Shown in pieces: positions 24,693 through 38,403 of a stretch of DNA of 64,000 nt (within the stretch, counting starts at the first letter, position 1; each line of letters starts with the position of its first letter). The DNA lies in the NCBI GenBank assembly GCA_958009085.1, contig OY253681.1, positions 434,001 to 498,000 on the forward strand, written 5' to 3'. The notes under the pieces are model-generated. The model was given only the letters and a program-made list of their open reading frames with translations. It was not told where the DNA came from and ran no database searches. The DNA is from Protoeuglena noctilucae. Taxonomy: Eukaryota. Both the position numbers and the translations under genes were made by a program.

Positions 24693-26762
24693 TCACGCGT
24701 CAGCAGGCACGGCCTCCAATGGTCCCTCCGCGCGGTCGAAGTCCTCTCTCACCGCACTGAGGACCTCGGGCGGGGCCCCAGATCGCAGCCGCCGGACGAC
24801 GCGGTCGTCCAAGATCTCCAAGACCTGGAGAGCACGTTTTGAGATGTGAGACAATCGGTGGGGCCCAAAGAGATGCGAAGAGGGCAGGGGCTGCAAGAGA
24901 CGCAGTGCGAGGGAGGGTGCTATCTCAATGCTTCTGTCACCTCTGCCTCCCCGTTCCGGCACCCCTGCGACATGCCCACGTCCACGCGGATGACGCGGTT
25001 CCCGCACGCGCCATTGATGCCCTCGTCCTGGATCGTGTGCCCCACCACCATGCGCTCCGCCCCAGGCATCTTCTTCAGCGCCGCCCTGCGACGAGGGAGA
25101 TGTTGTTGACAATGGCAGACATGCTGAGGCTGATGCTGAGGCTCAGGCAGTTACATGTCCCTGTCACAGCATCCTAAAAGATCCACGGCGTCGCCCGCAC
25201 AATGAAGCGACACGCCCATCCACCGACTCACTCAAGTAAGTTGCACTGGCAGTGCATCGTGTTCACGTGTGAGTAGCGGCGCGTCCACACCACCGCGTCC
25301 GCCCCTTGCAGGAACCTTGGCATGTCCGGCCGCTTGCCGAGCATCCACTCGCTCGTCTCCTGCGACAGTCAGGAACCGGATGAGGTGTCAACGTCATGGC
25401 CTCTGAGCCCAGCAGCCACACCCACGTCGCCACAACCCTCGATATGTGCCACTACCCCTTCTCGCCTTGTTGATCTTGGCCAGCCCATACTCCACGTGAT
25501 CGGGCAGGATGCCAGCATGCGCAAACACCGTGGACCCGACCTGCAGCACGACGGGGTTGGGCGCAAAGAAGCGCCTTGTGATGGGACCCCCCGGCTCCAA
25601 TGCCGCAGCCCTGCGATGGAAGCGCGATGGTTGCTGTTGCAGTGCACTGATGAAAGTGATGGCATGCGCAGGGCCAAGCAGTGGAGCTAGATGATGCAGG
25701 GTCAATGCGAGAGCTTTGCCCCACCGGTGGCACAAGCATGAACGTGCGCTGCTGGCCAGCTGCCCACTCGCCTGGACAGCTGGGCCGGATCGGAGCTCGA
25801 GTACCCCCGCGCCTGAGCTCCCACTGCCTGCGGGCGTCCCACATGGCGAAGCGTCAAGGCGGTCACGGCCACAGCACCGCGCCCTGCCCCTGCATCGTCG
25901 TTCCATGGATGCACGACACTGCAGGGCTCTCACCATCTCCATCAACGCCCTTCCCGCCTCGCACTGCCCCGGCTGCAGACCGCATGCGGCCTTGAGCCCC
26001 GCCCCCAGCTGCTGCATGACGCGCCAGTGATGGAACCCCTCCACCCCGTGGCGCGTCGCGTACCGGAACTGACCCTTGACGTTCATCGTCTCGTGGTTTC
26101 CTGCTTGCGGAGCACCACACACATGCAGTAAGTCAGAGCTTCGTGCCAATGAGGGCACGGAGGGCACCATCGCACAGCGTGGCGCAACCAGCCACGCTCA
26201 CACAGGTGTCCCAAAGGCCGGGTCGCCTCGACAGGGCCGCGGGATGTGTTCCGACGCTCACCGTTGAGGACGTAGAGGGCTCCGCCGGCGAGCCTGGCCT
26301 CCGCCTTCAATCGCTCTAGGAAGTACAGGATGGCGATCTCGTCGGGCCCTCGGTCAAGCTGGTCCCCCACCTGCACGGCCACCGTCTTGCCCCCGATCCA
26401 GCGGTCTTCATCGTCAATCAAGCGCGCGAGTTTAAAGGCCTGCCGGGTCTTCCGTAGGTCGCCGTGCAGGTCGCCGATGGAAACGAGCCTGGCGGGCGAC
26501 GAGCGGGGGGAAGGGTCGCGATGTCATAGCATCGATACATTGAATGAAAGTAAGACGTTGCGTGAATGATATTTTAGCAGCGCGCCGTGCCTGTGCACCG
26601 CTGGAAGAACCAGGTGGTGGGGGGCGGGCGGTGCATTCCGAGATCTCTCGTTTGGTGGCGCGCCGGGAACACCCTTGGCATGCACAGCTTGGATGAAGGA
26701 ACTGAGGCCACAGAGAGCGGGTCGAGATCCCGCGAATCGCGCGGCGCGGCGTGGGCACGCAT
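24693..26762 (-). CDS. SLP2: Shewanella-like protein phosphatase (SLP2-like, calcineurin-like metallophosphoesterase)
   Basis: Motifs: GDLHGD, VQVGDQLDRG, N/GNHETMN, VFAHAG, RMVVGHTIQ, RVDVGMS. The 5' exon and start are uncertain. Confidence 0.85.
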
Positions 26763-27055
26763 CGGGCAGCCGACGGGGCTCGCTGCTCGCTCAATCCGAC
26801 CCCATTCCTCACTCCACGAAGCCCTGGAAATCCCGGACGAAATCTTTGCCACACGACTGTCGCACTTGACGCTGCAGCTCAGCGTTGGAATCGTCCTTCC
26901 ACCCCAGCCATGCCCACAGCCCCATCCCTGCCGATGGGCCCCCCCTGGGGCCCTCCAGTGCGCGTAAGACGAGTCTAGCTAGTTGTTCAGACGTGGCACT
27001 AGCTGGGGGTCTGACGACTGTCGCCAGGGTGCTGAAGCGTAGAAGCGTAAAAGAT

Positions 27056-30000
27056 CTAAAGAAAGACACCTGCTGATTGCCCCGATCCGACGCACTGGTC
27101 AGAGAAATGCGCGAGAATGCGGCCCCTAAGCGAGCATCGTCCGGGTCCCCACCATCTCTGGCACCAGGGCAGCACCCTCCCGTGCTTGACTGCGGGCAAG
27201 GCGAGGCATTTGCAGCCATGAAATGCTGCTACCCTCATTGAATCCAATATACAGATGACCGAGGGCGCGTCAGGGCACCTGAACCTCGCGTAAATCGCCT
27301 GCAGCCTTTGGAGCTCCGCGGCAGGCAGCGAGCGCTGCGCGGTGGCCAGGCCCGCCAGCAGGTGCCGCTGCCCGACGTGCGCGTTGCCAGCTGCATCGGC
27401 ATCCGAAGGCGCTTTTGAAATGGCCTCCTGCGCGGCCTCGATCTGCGCCGTCGACAGGATGCCCTGCAAGTCCGCCCCTGAGAAGCCCTGCGAGGTGCGA
27501 GCTTGCAACTATACCTTGCCATAATCAGCGATGAACAGCAACGAGCCAGTCACTCAACAGACGACGCTGTCCGTCGCATGGGTCTCTGCAAACGCTGGGT
27601 CCAGGTACCGCCACGAGAGCCCGCCCCTCCTTTGGCAGCACTCGCCTCCGTCTTGCTGGCGAGGGCGGAGAGGTCGGCGTCGGGCCCCAGAGATACCCCT
27701 TTGCACAGAGCGCGCAGGATGTCCAGGCGCTCAGACGCAGTCGGCATGGGGCACTGCACGAGCCGGTCTGCAGATGCAGGGAGGGTAGGCGAGATGATGT
27801 GTGCGTGTACCGGTCAATGGCAGCGCGCGGCTCATCACACGCCTGTCCCCACCGCGTCGGGACACCCATTTGGTAATACATCACAGCAGCACGTTCTGGC
27901 CTCACCGAGCCTCCCTGGGCGCAGCAGGGCCGGGTCGACCAGGTCAGGGCGGGACGTGGCCGCCAGCACCGCCACTCCCTCGAGGGCCTCCACGCCGTCC
28001 AGCTCCGTCAGCAGCTGATTCACCACGCGATCCGTCACGCCCGTGCTGTCCAGGCCGCGCCGGGGGGCTGCGTGGGGGCACGCGGATCGTGCGTGATATC
28101 CAAGCCCTCTGGGAACGTCGCCTGGTGATACCATTGCATACCGAGATCTATAATGATAAGAATAGCATTGAGCCTCACCGATGGCGTCCACCTCGTCGAA
28201 GAACAGCACGCACGGCGCCGCAGCAGACGCGCGTGCGAACACCTGCCGCACCGCTGCTTCCGACGCCCCAATGTACTTGTTGAGCAGCTCAGGGCCCTTC
28301 ACGGGGACCATTTGCAGCCCGGCGCCCGCCACCGCCGCCCGGGCCAGGTGCGTCTTGCCGCACCCCGGGGGCCCGTAGAGCAGCACGCCCGCACGAACGC
28401 GGATGGGTGCACGGGCCATCACCCGCGGGAGGCGCAGGGGCAGCTCCAGGGCCTCCCGAAGGACCTGCGAGGCAAGTCCGACATGTCAGCCGCACATGCA
28501 AGCACGAGATGCATGCCAGCGTTGCCGCAAGTGTTCCGCGTGTCCAGCGCAGCAGGGACGGTGCAACACACATGAACAGCCAGGACCCCACACTGTGCTT
28601 GCCTGCTTGCCCTCGTCCAGTCCCCCGACGTCGTCCCACGAGAGCCCCGGGGTCCCCTCGCCTCCGCCGGCCGCGCGCGTGCCCAGATGCGCCCCCGCCA
28701 CCATCCCTGCCCTTGCCGACTCCACGTCCCTCATAGACACCCGTAGCCCGCCCTTCAGCCCCTCCGCGCCGTCGCCGGGCCCAGATGCGGTCCCCGGCAC
28801 GCCGGGCAAGCCCCGTGTGGCTGCCATGACCAAAGCACGATCCGCAAGGCTGGCCAGGTCGACCGCATCAAAGCCATCGAGCCCAGTCAAGCTCCCGAGA
28901 TCATCTGGAGGGACGCCGCCTCCCTCCGCAATTCTGGCCGCCAGGACCGCCGCGTGATGCTCGGATGTCGGGGTCTGCAGCTCCACTGCGAGAGTCAACG
29001 AGCGTGCCAAGTTGCAAAACTGCAACTGAGCCACGACAGGCGCGGGCCGTGGCGGAGGTCAGCGTATGTCATATCACGCATGCATGCAGTTGACCACAGC
29101 ATAGTCGCACTCGTATGGTCAGTCACCTGTCAGGGACAGTGCGTCGGCGTGGTGTAGGTCTGGCGGCACGTTACGTGGGTCCCTGACGGTGGCCAGGATC
29201 TGTCAAGCGACACATGAGAACCTCAGACGTGAGTCTATGAGAGTTGCAAAGCCCAAATAGGCTAAGAGACAGACGGGAAAGGTAGCATCACTTGCCGGCT
29301 CACCTGCATGTTCCCGAAGCAGCTGCTCTGGGCTTCCCGGGCAAGCTGCAGGAACACCGCTGCCAACCGCGCGGATGCATGCTCGTGGCCCTGTGCCTGG
29401 GCTTCGTCCTGCGAACAGAAACGAGCGAGGGCCATGCCAGGCATCGCTATCAGCATTGCTGCTTTAAGCATGGCCTGCATCTTGCTGCCAAGCGTCTCAC
29501 GTCGTGGGCGCTGATGATGGCGTCCAAGTCGTCGAATATCAGGACTGCGGGTAGAGTACAAAGGGCCGTCTCAGCTGTCACAGTCAACATCGTAACCAGG
29601 CGCAGTGCGGCTCATGACGTGGCGCTGCATGCCGTCAGACAGTGTCTGACTGACTGACCTGAGGGGCTGCGTGCGATTGCTTCCAGGAACACGTCTCGCA
29701 GGGCGTCCTCCACGTTCGCGTCTTCCGCGCCCATCATGGCCAGGCAAGGCGCCACGGTGGTCCACACTGGTGGGGACACCCTGCAAGCACAGGCATGGCC
29801 AAGCTGCTGCTACATTGCAGCTGCATCCATGCCGCTAGCCAAAGACCTACCCAGGAGCAGACCATGAGACACTACCAGACTGTTCCAAGCGTGACATGTG
29901 TAGCATTGAAACAGGGACCACATGCCACCCTGCACAGCTCGCCTTTGGAGCTTCCACGCGAGGTGCCGCACGACGGTTGTCTTGCCCGAGTGCTGCCGCC

Positions 30001-32462
30001 CAGACAGGCACGCCCCCAGCCGCTGGTGACTGGCGAGCTCTGCCAGTGGGAAGGCCCTTGCGACCCCCAGCGATGACAGCAGCGCCTCCATCGTCTCCTC
30101 CGCGGCAGCTACGGCCCACGCCGGGAGACGAGGGCCGTTGTGCGCATCCCATGCGCGGGAAGCTTCCAGGTCCATCGATGGCCAAGACGACCGGCGGGGC
30201 TGCGTGTCACGGGCAACACAGAGAGGGCGCTCGCTCTTGAACTTTTCCCCACGGTTCCCCACGGTTTGCCGAAGCATCGGAGGGTAGTAGCTCGCAACGT
30301 TTCCCGCAGTGTAAGCACGGGGCACGCGCAATGGTCCACGTCGCTTGACGCCTCACCTTGACCTCGGTCAGCACGATGCTCGTGCCACACGCCAGGGCCA
30401 GGTGCGACAGGTCGGACGGACCCCGGACCGCGACTGCGCCCTGAGCGGCGGAGGATCCGCTGAACGACACTGCCGTGACGCGGAGGTGCAGGGCGCAGCC
30501 GGGGCCGGCCCAGGGCACTGCAAAGGAAAGGACGGTCCCTGGGGCCAGGACGACGGCAGGGGCACCGTGCCTGCATCCAGAGACAAAGATGGCAACAATT
30601 GCTAATAAGAACTCAGAGGCAGGCACGAAGGGAAAGGTCTACGGTTCAGCTGGGGTCAGACACGGGTCCATGCAAATGCACGGCAACAGCTCCGCCCTCA
30701 CTTCTGCTGCGTCGCCACCCAGTCCGCGACCATCCGTTCCAGACCTCCCTCGACGTGCTCCATGACCAGACCCATGTAATCCCTGGCGTGGCTCGCGCTC
30801 TCGCACAGAAGCTCTCCCTGCAATTCCACACGCACCGCCGCCCCATCTCCACCCGCCCCTGCCCACCCCTCCGAATCTCCACGTCCAGCCCCTCCTTTCG
30901 CCCTGACACTCTGACCCGGAGCCTGTCCCGTGCTTGTCCCTGTTTGTGCCTCGTGGGAACCCCTGCCTGTCAGCCCACTTCCGCCACCCAAGTCCGCCGC
31001 CTCCCTCACAGCCATCTTGGATGCCACCGCGCCCGCCACCTCACACACGCCCACGTGCAAGTACTGCTGCAGGAGCGGATGCACACCCACGTGGCCCGAT
31101 GGGACAGCGCCACCGTGACCGTCCTCACTCTGTGCAGTCAAGCACGCCACGACTGCCGTCCGTCCACCCCGGCCGCTCAGGCGCAGGACGCCCGGGGTTC
31201 GTCCACCCTCCTGTCCACCCTCCGCCCCTGCATGCAGCGAGCCCCCAGCCCGGCCCACCCACGCGATGCCCGATGCGACCGCCTCCATGGAGTGTGCACC
31301 CCTCTTGGGCTCGTGCCCGTCAGCCCCATGGACGGTCTCGTGGCTCACTGCCGCAGTGCACACCCGCATCAACGACGCCAGGTTCTTCCTTCGCGTCCAG
31401 CTGGGGCTTTGCCCATTGCTGAGAGGGTCCACATTGGAGCTACCAGGCGGAGCATCCTGAGTGCCACGGTCGCCCGGGGCTCGGAGGCCGTCGGCGCTAG
31501 CCACGGCGCTGGACTCGGGACGCGGGATCACGTGGAGGTCCATACCCACCCAGAGCTTGACGGGCGTCCCCACTGGCTGGCACGACACGACGCGGAGGCG
31601 CAGGGGCTTCCCGCCGACGTGCAGCGGCAGCACCATGCCCGCACTCACGGCCGCGACCTGCTGCAACAGCATGTACTCCAGGCGCTCGGGCATGGGGAGC
31701 TCAGAGCTGCGGGGACGGGGATGCGTTCCGTTCTCAGGATGGTGCGGACAGCGCGGTCAGGTTTGGGCCCAGTCCTTGACTGATATCAGAAACACTCCTC
31801 TCGAGCTTTTGTGCTCGCAGGCGCAGACCGCTGCCGGGCCCCGCAGCGCATCGCCTCACTTGCTGGAAACGGCGTCGAGGTCCGCCTGCGTGAGTGGCCG
31901 CAGCTCGACGAGCGCGGCGGGCACGTCCATGCGAAGTGGCTCTAGAATGAGGAGTTCCCCTGGAGAAACGGCCCTGCAAGCGTGGAGACGAGGAGAACGC
32001 GGTCCTGAAAGCGTGCATCCAGGTCCTGCCGTTTCCTGGCCGTCAGGAAACGGCCAGGTGGGTGCATGGCAGCACCCTCATTGCATGAGCTTTCGCTGCG
32101 CACTCACAGGCACGCAGCCATCTCTTGTGGGACCCCAACCGTGCCCGGCTCGCACAACGTGCCGTCCCAACCCAGAGCGAACCACGCGCCACCTCCTCTC
32201 CCATCGTCCCTGCGCGCCCTGCAAACGACACGAACATGTCGGAGATTTGCAGGCCTGCGCGGCTGCGTGGGCTGCTTGCCAGGCTAGAGCTAACCGTAGC
32301 GGCGATGCAGAGCAAGCGTGGGGACAAGCAAAGGGTACACCTGAAGAGAGACGGCTGGCCTTCGTGCAAGCCGCTCCCGAACGCGTCCCTTGGCAGGCTG
32401 ATGTGGCAGCACCGGCGCGTATTCAGCCTCACAGAAAGGCAGAGGCTGTCCAGGCCCAACAT
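27056..32462 (-). CDS. PEX1: Peroxisome biogenesis AAA ATPase PEX1
   Basis: D2 AAA domain: [91 protein letters not shown]. There is a degenerate D1 (GRQHSGKT) and a PEX1-like N-terminus. Both ends are approximate. Confidence 0.88.
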
Positions 32463-32770
32463 CTGCGCCGGCCTCTTGATTCTCCGCTGCAGCGTGCAGC
32501 TGCCAGCACATCTTCCTCAGCTGGGAGCGGGGCGGATGATGAAGAGTGAGCGTGGCACACTCTGACACTTTGTGCAGCCCATCCCCGATCACAGATAGAT
32601 CCACGCCGTCACAGCACGCGCAAAGCTGCATGTTGGCCCCTGTGGACGGTCAGTGATCGCTCGTGACAGGCTTGGCTCGTCCTTCGCTGCCCACGCTTGT
32701 CCCTCCGCTGCGTGCCTGCGTAGTCGGGCTCGGGGGACTCGCGAGCCACGCAGCGCTTCGAAAGGCGCTC

Positions 32771-35740
32771 ATGCAGGCGCTTGCAAGGGTCGTGGCTCGT
32801 CCCTCCACGCTGCAGCTCCTGCGCCCGTTTGCGTCCAGCTGGGGACCGCCCCGTGCCCTGCCGCCAGCGAGGGCACTCTCCGCGATGGCGCCGAGCAAGA
32901 CAGCCAAGCGCAGTCTTAGGGGCAACGCCGTGAAAAAGGCGAGGCCAAGCCGGGTTGTCAGCCGCCGCCGCCAGTCCTCTTGGCTTTTGCCCGAACGGCG
33001 TGTTCACAGAGTGGCTGGAGAGCTTGCGCGGAGAGAGGCGGCCGATAGTGAGCGCGAGCGACCCGGGATCCCGACCATTGCGGCGCCATCGTCGCAGGAG
33101 GCTGCCCCCGTGAGTGCGGAGCTCCCGAGTTCGTCCGAAGAGCCGCGGGTGGCGGAGGCGGACACCAGCAGGTCGGCAAAGTTCTTGAAGCTCAGCTCGG
33201 GAGGGCGGCGGGGGCTTGAGACGGGCCAGTCGCCGCGGAAGCGGGGGACACCAGCACCGATGGGCGCTGCAAAGGCCGCGACGAAGCGGAGCGTCCGGCG
33301 GGGGCCTCCGCCAGCTCAGTGAGTGCATCAGAAATGTTTGCATCGTGCGATGTGCTTGATGCTGATGCATCCGCTCGGGATGGGGAGAGTGTGGGACTGA
33401 GGGAGTGGCTTTCTCCTCGCAGGGCTCGGCCGCAGGGCAAGGAGGAGTACGACGTCGTCGACATGGAAGAAGATTTGGACATGGATGCAGAGGAGCTGGA
33501 GGCTACGGTCGGCAAGGTCAGCGATGCGGCCACCGCGCGATGGAGCACCGGGCCCTGCACACCGCACCACGCCTGAGGCAGCTGCCGTGCTGACGGCTAC
33601 CCTTTGCCGTCGACCGCAGGACATGTACGATGCGGTCGTGCGCGTGTTTTGCGTGCACACGGAGCCGAACTTCTCGCTCCCTTGGCAGCGCAAGCGCCAG
33701 CAGAGCTCCACATCATCGGGGTTCGTGATTTCCGGCAACCGCATCCTGACCAATGCCCACTCGGTGGAGTACTCGACGCAGGTGGGAGGCGCAGACCAGG
33801 CAGACTGGCGCGTTTTGCGGCGCTTGGTGCCGCAACGCCGAGCGTCGGCAGACGCATCGCAAGCGTTTACAGTGTAACGCGGCCTTGTCCTGCTCCTGCG
33901 CAGGTGAAAGTGAAGCGCCGGGGAAGCGATACGAAGTACATGGCGTCGGTGGTCGCGGTGGGGGCCGAGTGCGACGTGGCCCTCCTAAAGGTCGACGATC
34001 CCGCTTTCTTCGAGGGGATCAAGCCCATCACCTTCGGCGGTCTCCCGCGCCTCCAGGACAACGTCGCGGTGGTGCGTGCGATGGCTGACTGTCGATGCCA
34101 CAGCTTGCGTGCCGGGCCGGCAAACGTGCTACGGCAGAGTCAACGTGCTGCGGCGCCCGTGTGCAGGTGGGCTACCCCGTGGGCGGTGACACGATGAGCG
34201 TGACAAGCGGGGTCGTATCCCGCATCGAGGTCACGTCGTATGTGCACGGGAACGCCGAGCTGCTGGCCATTCAGGTCGACGCTGCCATCAACGCCGGGAG
34301 CTCGGGCGGCCCAGCGTTCAACCAGGTGCGAGTGGTCGGCAGCGATGCCAAGCCTGAGCTAGGGAGTGAAGCTCCAATTACACACACACATGGTCGCATC
34401 TGTTACGCGCGTGCAGGACGGGGAGTGTGTGGGGATCAGCTTCCAGTCGCTCAAGAGCGAGGACGCCGAGAACGTGGGCTATGTCGTGCCGGTGCCCGTC
34501 ATCGAGCACTTCATCAAGGACTACGGTGGGGCCACGCTGCGCGTGTTGCGAGTCTGATTGTTGATGACCCTGGTGCAGACGCAACCGACGCTGCTGTCGA
34601 TGTCGAATGCACCACGACCGCCTGCTGCCCGCAGAGGTTACGGGCTCGTACCGCGGTTTCCCCTGCCTGGGCCTGAGCTGGCAGAAGCTGGAGAACCCCC
34701 ATCTGCGCAAGAGCCTGGGGATGAACGCCAGCCAGAAGGGTGTCCTGATTCGCAAGATCACCAAGACCAGCCCCGTGGCCGCGCACCTGGAGCCTGGCGA
34801 CGTGCTGATGAGCTTCGACGGCGTGGACATCGGCAACGACGGCACCGTGCCCTTCCGGTAAGCCTGCTTAGTGCATGGGTGGCACCTGACTGACACCATT
34901 CGCCCGTCGCAGTGTCGCACTGTGCGATTACGATCGATTACGATGCGTGGCAGTCACACCCAGCCCTCACGTCACCCTCGCTTTTCCCTCAGGTCTGGCG
35001 AGCGCATCGCCTTCTCGTACCTTGTGTCGAACAAGTACGTCGGGGAGACGGCCGAGCTGCGCGTGCTGCGGGCCCAGGAGACCGGGGGCCCCAAGGAGAT
35101 GGTGGTGAAGGTCGAGTGCGGGCTGCCCAACCGCCTCGTGCCCGTCCACATCGCCGAGAAGCCCCCCAGCTTCTTCATCATTGCGGGCCTCGTCTTCACG
35201 CCCGTCACCGTGCCCTACCTCCGAAGCGAGGTGATGGAGCGGTCGCTGCGCCTGTGGTGTTCGTGCTTGTCTGTGTTGTCTGTGCCTGTAGACGCCGCCG
35301 TTGCAGCCGGTGCAAATGAGGGTGCGCGTGTGCGTCCTCTCTGCCCCGCACGTCACCTCACCCTACGCTCGGCCTTTGCTCCCCAGTACGGCAAGGACTA
35401 CGAGTGGGACTCCCCGGTGAAGCTCCTGGACGCCATGATGCACCAGCAGCCCGAGGAGGAGGGCCAGCAGGTGGTGGTGCTGAGCCAGGTGCTGGTGGCA
35501 GACATCAACATTGGCTACGAGGACATCCAGAACGTGAAAATCGTCCGCGTGAACGGCACGGAGGTCAAGAACCTGAGGCAGTTCGTGGAGATCGTGACGA
35601 CCACGAAGGACGACTTCCTCCGCCTCGACCTGGAGTACAGCCAGGTGGTGGTGCTGGAGACGCGAGCCGCACGTGCCAGCACGCCCCAGATCCTCGCCAT
35701 GCACTGCATCTCCGAGGACCGTTCCGCCGACCTTAAGTGA
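32771..35740 (+). CDS. Deg/HtrA serine protease with PDZ domains (Deg9/Deg2-like)
   Basis: Motifs: [28 protein letters not shown] (His), ECDVALL (Asp), [15 protein letters not shown] (Ser), [39 protein letters not shown]. About 8-9 exons. Confidence 0.92.
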
Positions 35741-36019
35741 GGGCGAGGGACAGCGAATGGGGGGCGGATGACGCGTGGGTGGCGCTTAGGGCGGGCCAGG
35801 GCCAGCTTGGCTGGGTTGTATTGCGAGCGAAACGCCAAGTCGGGCCGTTTGGGCCTTTTGAAAAGCGTGGTGCACGCACCCTACGCACGCTCTAGCGCAC
35901 AAGAAAGCTGCCGCAGCTCCATGCCATGCCGCCATGCTGCGCCGTCTTTGCTCTCAGGGCTGCTCTCGGGGCCACCGTGGGTGCCCATGCCAGCCGCCAC
36001 GTGCCGAACAGCTCGGCCC

Positions 36020-36888
36020 TCACATCTCCTGCGTGACCTTGTCCTTGGTCTCCTTGGTCTTGTCGAACGCCTCCTGCCCCTTGCCCTTGGCCTTTTCGTA
36101 CGCCTCCTGGCCGTGGCCCTTGGCCTGCTCAAACGTGTCCTGGCCGTGCCCCTTCGCCTCCTCGTACTTCTCCTGGCCCTTGCCAACGGCCTGCTGCACG
36201 TGAGCCTTGCCCGTTCCCACCGCCTCGTCCACCTTAGCCTTCCCCTGGGACGCCACGTGTCGCACCGAGTCCATTCCCGGCATCTTCTCCTTCAGCTCCC
36301 CGACGTCGGGGATGGCGTCCACGGCCGCGTTGATGTTCGAGCGGACCGCCGAGCACGTCACGTCCACCGTCAGCAGCATGCCTGGGGCAATGGGGTGGTG
36401 GGAAGGGGCCATGTGAGGATGTGGCATGATGGCCCGCCGCAACACCCGCATTGCAACGCAGACCGAAACCATGGCGCCTGGTGTGACGTACCATGCAACG
36501 CAGACTACGTCAGAAGAAGTGTCAAAAGGCTCCGGGCAGCTGGCGCGCGCTCACCCGATTCGCACATCGAGGGGACCGGGCATGCGAGGTACAGCGGCCC
36601 CGAGAAGTCGCTCGGGATCGTGTAAGTGTAGTCGCCGTTCCTCGAGACGGAGTGGAGCACCTCGATCTCCCGATTCAGTGGGTCCTCGATCGGGCACTCC
36701 TTCGAGGGCATCAGCCAGATGCCGTGAAGGCCCTCCCAGGTGAAGTGGAGTTTGTCGCCGCAGTGGGCGTCCATGTGGTCCTTCTCGAGCGGCTGCTTCC
36801 ACTCGATGTCGTACTGCGTCTTCAGGAAAGCCGCGTCGACGGGCAGCGACAGCGCCACGGCGCCCGCCGCGAGGAGAACCGTCCACAT
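36020..36888 (-). CDS. Secreted phytocyanin/cupredoxin-like domain fused to an LEA-like 11-mer repeat tail
   Basis: Exons: 36888-36555 and 36381-36020, a phase-1 GT-AG join giving MCESG/MLLTVDV. The signal peptide is MWTVLLAAGAVALSLPVDA and the cupredoxin signature is GDKLHFTW..LHGIW..C..YLACPVPSMCESGM. A 5'UTR intron probably spans about 36892-37165. Confidence 0.75.
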
Positions 36889-37391
36889 GACCTGCGGGCG
36901 GTGCTGGTGGCCTCGGCGTCGCCCTAAGCGCGTCGAACCCTTTCCGCTCGCAGCTCAAGTCATCACTAGCACCAACGGAGTTCGCATCCCCGAACTAGAT
37001 CGACCCGAATGGGCGAAGGGGCAGGTCGTTGAGGGGGCTGCCCATCCCCGCCGCGATTCCAATCACCCCGCTTGCTATCAAATTTCTTTACCGACGATTA
37101 TTGTGACGAACGGCACCTCATTCGCGGAGTCCGCGTCGATTCGCGACGCGCCCAAACCGACTCACCTGCGAGCTTGGAGCTTCTCGGACTTGGTGGTACA
37201 GCTCGACGGCTAGGATAGGGCCTCGCGAGTTGGCTGGCTAGAGCTGGGCGGCTCAATTTGACCGAGCGCGCCGTCAGGCACCCGAAACTGCTTGGACTTG
37301 CGGTTTACCTGCTGGCACGGTTCTGCACGCTGGGCTCATTTACCGGTCCAGAGTCGGTGCGATCCTAACACTGAAGCCTAAGGGAGAAGGC

Positions 37392-38218
37392 ATGCCGCCA
37401 TTGACGCGACGCCGTGTCCTCTGCTACGTGCCGAACCTCGTCGGCGATGCGCGCCTCCTCCTGTGCGCCCTTTTGCCCGTCTTCCACCTCAAAGCGAGTC
37501 TGAGCCATGCATAGTCAATATCAAGCTAGAGAGCGCCTCCATGAGCCTCAGCATCGTGTGATGTCCTCGCAGGCTTACTACAGGCTCACGCTCGGGGTGG
37601 CCGCGTGCCAGCTCGCGCTGGACTGGGCCGATGGGGCGTTTGCGAGGAAGCTCGGGCAGGTCTCGCGCCTGGGCGCCTGGCTAGATGTCACGGCGGACCT
37701 GCTGTGCCGCGGGTGGCTCTGGTCCGCGGCCCTGCACGGCCCCCTCTCCTTCCTTCCTGCACTGTGGGAGACGCTCGTGTTCGCGTGCACGCACGCGCAC
37801 AGCGAGGCGAGCTCCCAGTGGAAGGACGCCCTGGCGAAGGCCCCGACGCTGCCCTGGTGGGCCCGGCGAGTCATGGCCAAGGGTTTCCGAGTGAGGCAGG
37901 CGCAGGGAGCATGGACCTGCGACGGGGCTCTCACTGCGTTAACAATGGCCTTCTTGGCGCTGCTGATCCACTCAACAAAGCCCCGCTTCTTGATCGCAGA
38001 GTCCCTGGGGCGTCTGCGCCATGGCCGGCCTCTTCCTGTCGCCCGTCTTTGCCTACTGCCACGCATACCTGCCCGGCACCCTCCTGGCATCCTGGTGGTT
38101 CGGGGCACCTGTGCTGGCTGGCCGGGGGCTCGTCCTTGCCGTGGAGGTCTCGGTTGTGCTGCACCACCTCAATGCGCTGCTGGCGATGGACGTCGCCGAT
38201 GCGGGGGGTGACAAGTGA
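37392..38218 (+). CDS. CDP-alcohol phosphatidyltransferase family protein (phosphatidylinositol synthase-like)
   Basis: Exons: 37392-37493, 37573-37890, 38000-38218. It has YVPNLVG..R and the family signature LDWADGAFARKLGQVSRLGAWLDVTAD. Confidence 0.85.
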
Positions 38219-38403
38219 CAAGTGACGGCTCGCCGACCACAGCTTCGTCGTCTGCCATCTCAAGCTGATCCGTCGATTCTGTCTCTTCAAGCTGACAAGG
38301 GCTTGTGCACAGCACACTACACATGGATTTGACTTGCGAGAGTTGGTGCAGGAAGTGTCGCACCGATCCATTCCGTCGATGGGACACTACACAGTCACAC
38401 CAC

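Noticed and set aside
35232..35387. Apparent protein insertions in Deg, the kinase (~23994-24103) and BBS8 (~43504-43648) where ORFs read through
   Set aside because: They have GT-AG boundaries and interrupt conserved domains. Stop-free in-frame introns are expected by chance at this GC content.
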